Shown here piece after piece: positions 61,599-64,000 of a stretch of DNA of 64,000 nt. Position numbers and translations under genes: made by a program. The stretch is taken from NCBI GenBank assembly GCA_963758525.1, contig CAVWVQ010000003.1:4672001-4736000 (forward strand). The letters run 5' to 3'. This DNA is from an uncultured Phycisphaerales bacterium (GTDB lineage Bacteria > Planctomycetota > Phycisphaerae > Tepidisphaerales > Tepidisphaeraceae). Numbering within the stretch: position 1 is the stretch's first letter; each line of letters starts with the position of its first letter. Below the pieces are notes generated by a model. It had not been told where the DNA came from. It was given only the letters and a program-made list of their open reading frames with translations, and did no database searches.

Positions 61599-63155
61599 TC
61601 ACTGCGCCGGCGTGAGATTCATCGATCTGGGCTTGCGGTGATGCGGCAATTCTGTCTCCGTGCTCGGCGGCGCAGCGAGAAAAATCGCGCCCAGGCCGGC
61701 GGCATTTTCGTTGGAATCGATTTTGCCGGTGATTCCGATGATCGGCGTGCCGCCGCCGTCGATGACGTACTCGCTGCCGCCGCTGCCCCCGATGTGGCTT
61801 GAGACGTAAGCCTGTGAGGGGTCGAGTCTGTTTCCGACGATCTTCATATAGGTGACTGTGACGGAGTCCATCCCGCCTCCGCCATGCACGTTGAGGGCGC
61901 CGACGGCGTATCCATTGGGCGCTCGTGTCTCAACGATGCCTCCGACCTGGGAGCCGCGCGATTGTCCCAACATCACGCCTTGTGGCGTCAGATAGATTGC
62001 CTGAATCTGAGTAATCGTGTCATTGTTGACGAACTTTCCGATGCCGAATCGAAAGCCGATCAGCAGCGCCCCGGCTGCGGGAAGCTCCTGATAGGTTGTT
62101 TTGCCGAACGCGCCACCGGCGACCTCTGTTGCCATTGCGGTGTGCTGCCGGAGTGCGGCCCGTGCCGCCACGAAGATTTCTCCCCAGTCGCAATATTGCG
62201 ATACCAACGGGTCGAGCGCCTTCAATTCGGTCAGAGTGTGCGCGGCTCGCAGGCCGGTCAGACGCGGAGCAGCCTTTTGCAGCCAGTCGTATGCTCTCAA
62301 CTGGATATGCAATTTTTCGAATCGCTCCGCCGAGGCGGAAAATCGGAACCAGGCGTCGCCGAGCGCCGCCTGCGCCTCCGGCTCGGTCGGCGCCTGCAAA
62401 TCCTGGCGGGCCAGGTCCGCCTTGCGGGCGTCGTTTCCGCCCGCCAGCAGCGGCAGCCCGCGATCCCAGTCTCCGTCCCAGAAGCAGAGGTAACTTCCCA
62501 CCGCGCTCTTTGCGCCGCTGTCGTCGGGAGTGGTCTGGAGCGCGGCGAGCTGCGCCTTGAGTGAGCTAAACATCTTTTCCTGGGCGTCGACCTCGTCATT
62601 TCGCATCAGGCTCATTCCCGCCAGCCGGCTGTTGCGCATCTTGGGAACCGCGGCATGCGCCAGCTTCAGCAGCGCCCGCGCCGATTCGAAATCATCCATC
62701 TTCAGCGCACCGTCCGCCGATTGCAGCGCTGCGGCAACAAAAACCGCGTAGTCGTCCTCCGTAAACATCGCCCCGGCAGCCTTGGAGAACATGATCGTCT
62801 GCATTGCCGGGAGCGTCACCGCAAAATTGGCCGCCAACTGTTGGCAGGCCCTGAGGCCAAGCTCCAGATCTCCCGCGCCGGCGGCAATGTCACGCGCCTT
62901 GCACAGCAATACGTATTGCGCATCCAGATCCGCGCCGCTGCGTGCTGCCTGGACGAACAGCTCCGACGCGAGCGCGATCCGGTCCGCCTGACCCGGCTTC
63001 GCCAGCTTGTCCTTGTACGTCTCCTCGATCATCTGCTCATCCGACGCGACCTGCGGGGGCGCCGGCACCGGCGACCGGTCCGCGCTTGCGGAAACAGCCA
63101 GCAGGCCGTGCAGGGCGAGCGCGACAGAAATCACTTTTCGATTGAAAATGGGCAC
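61599..63155 (-). CDS. Secreted helical-repeat protein with possible C-terminal jacalin-like domain
   Basis: Signal peptide; GSYLCFWDGDWDRGLPLL; GGAFG, GGSGG, PIIGITG. Confidence 0.7.
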   Translation of the reverse strand: MPIFNRKVISVALALHGLLAVSASADRSPVPAPPQVASDEQMIEETYKDKLAKPGQADRIALASELFVQAARSGADLDAQYVLLCKARDIAAGAGDLELGLRACQQLAANFAVTLPAMQTIMFSKAAGAMFTEDDYAVFVAAALQSADGALKMDDFESARALLKLAHAAVPKMRNSRLAGMSLMRNDEVDAQEKMFSSLKAQLAALQTTPDDSGAKSAVGSYLCFWDGDWDRGLPLLAGGNDARKADLARQDLQAPTEPEAQAALGDAWFRFSASAERFEKLHIQLRAYDWLQKAAPRLTGLRAAHTLTELKALDPLVSQYCDWGEIFVAARAALRQHTAMATEVAGGAFGKTTYQELPAAGALLIGFRFGIGKFVNNDTITQIQAIYLTPQGVMLGQSRGSQVGGIVETRAPNGYAVGALNVHGGGGMDSVTVTYMKIVGNRLDPSQAYVSSHIGGSGGSEYVIDGGGTPIIGITGKIDSNENAAGLGAIFLAAPPSTETELPHHRKPRSMNLTPAQ

Positions 63156-63294
63156 AATCTCTCCGCCAAAAGGAGCCGTTCCGGGTGGAGGTTTAATCTA
63201 CATTCCGCGTGATACAGAGACAAGCGTGATCTGTGACGACTGCGATCAGTGGCATCATCGTTGCATGCCACTGTCGCGATGGAGGAACTGTCGT

Positions 63295-64000
63295 ATGCCG
63301 AAAAAGAAGGCGGAGCGGAGCGATGACTCGGTATCACCGGTGGCGGTCGCGCCTGAGAATCTCGACAGCGCGAAGGCCGCCGGCCTCCGTTACGTCAGCC
63401 AACGAGGACCCGGCATCGCGCGCGCCGGCGCGGTACAGGTTTTGTCTACTTCGATGCATCAGGCAAGCCGCTGCGCAATCGCGAGGCGTTGGAGCGCATT
63501 TGCGCCCTGGTGCTGCCGCCGGCATGGACGGACGTGTGGATCTGCCCGGACGCGCGGGGACATCTTCAGGCCGTCGGACGCGACCAGCGCGGGCGGACGC
63601 AATATCGTTATCACGCCAGGTGGCGCGAGGTGCGCGACGAAAACAAATACGAGCGGATGATCGATTTCGGCAAAGCGCTTCCGAAGATTCGCCGTCGGGT
63701 TGCCCGCGATCTGCGTCGCAAGGGACTTCCGCGGGAGAAGGTGCTCGCGACGGTCATCAAACTGCTGGAGACCGCCCTGATCCGTGTGGGCAATGAACAA
63801 TACACGAAGGAGAATCACTCCTTCGGCCTGACGACGATGCGCAATCGCCACGTCGAAGTAAAAGGCGCGTCGATCCATTTCGAGTTTCGCGGCAAGAGCG
63901 GAGTCGATCGAGCGGTCGACCTGGAAGACCGCCGGCTGGCGAAGATCATCAGTGCTTGCCAGGATCTGCCGGGGCATGAGCTGTTTCAATATGTGGATGA
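63295..64000 (+). CDS. Bacterial DNA topoisomerase IB, frameshifted near 63430, runs off the window
   Basis: AGLRYVS; then LPPAWTDVWICP, GRDQRGRTQYRYH, IRVGNEQY, SFGLTT, FRGKSG. Confidence 0.9.

Overview
GC-rich bacterial window; the gene content suggests a planctomycete (probably Phycisphaerae), which is inference only. Bases 1-21,000 are host genes: a stand-alone fusA, a solitary DNA methyltransferase, a diguanylate cyclase, a nitrogen island (two Amt transporters with near-identical sigma54 promoters, two P-II proteins, an ion-transporter-family permease, a KUP-motif APC permease with a USP-like tail, a degenerate sigma54 regulator), mpg and REP-like repeats. A ~40 kb prophage is integrated in the 3' end of tRNA-Gln(CTG), with a 23-bp att core at 21061-21083 and 61131-61153. 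Its left arm carries early/replication genes (methyltransferase, primase, helicase, a candidate iteron origin, ParB, ThyX, DUF5131, DUF1643, HerA-like ATPase). The centre holds tail, lysis-position and capsid genes, and the right arm ends in xis-int. A junction at ~56847 fuses a 5'-truncated capsid gene to a 5'-truncated pentapeptide gene; no terminase, portal or repressor is visible. The most notable observation is that joining attR to attL rebuilds a 97-aa ORF across attP whose stop overlaps the first replication-arm start codon (ATGA), suggesting an excision-dependent switch for the replication operon. About 13 apparent frameshifts point to indel errors in the sequence, so pseudogene calls are provisional.
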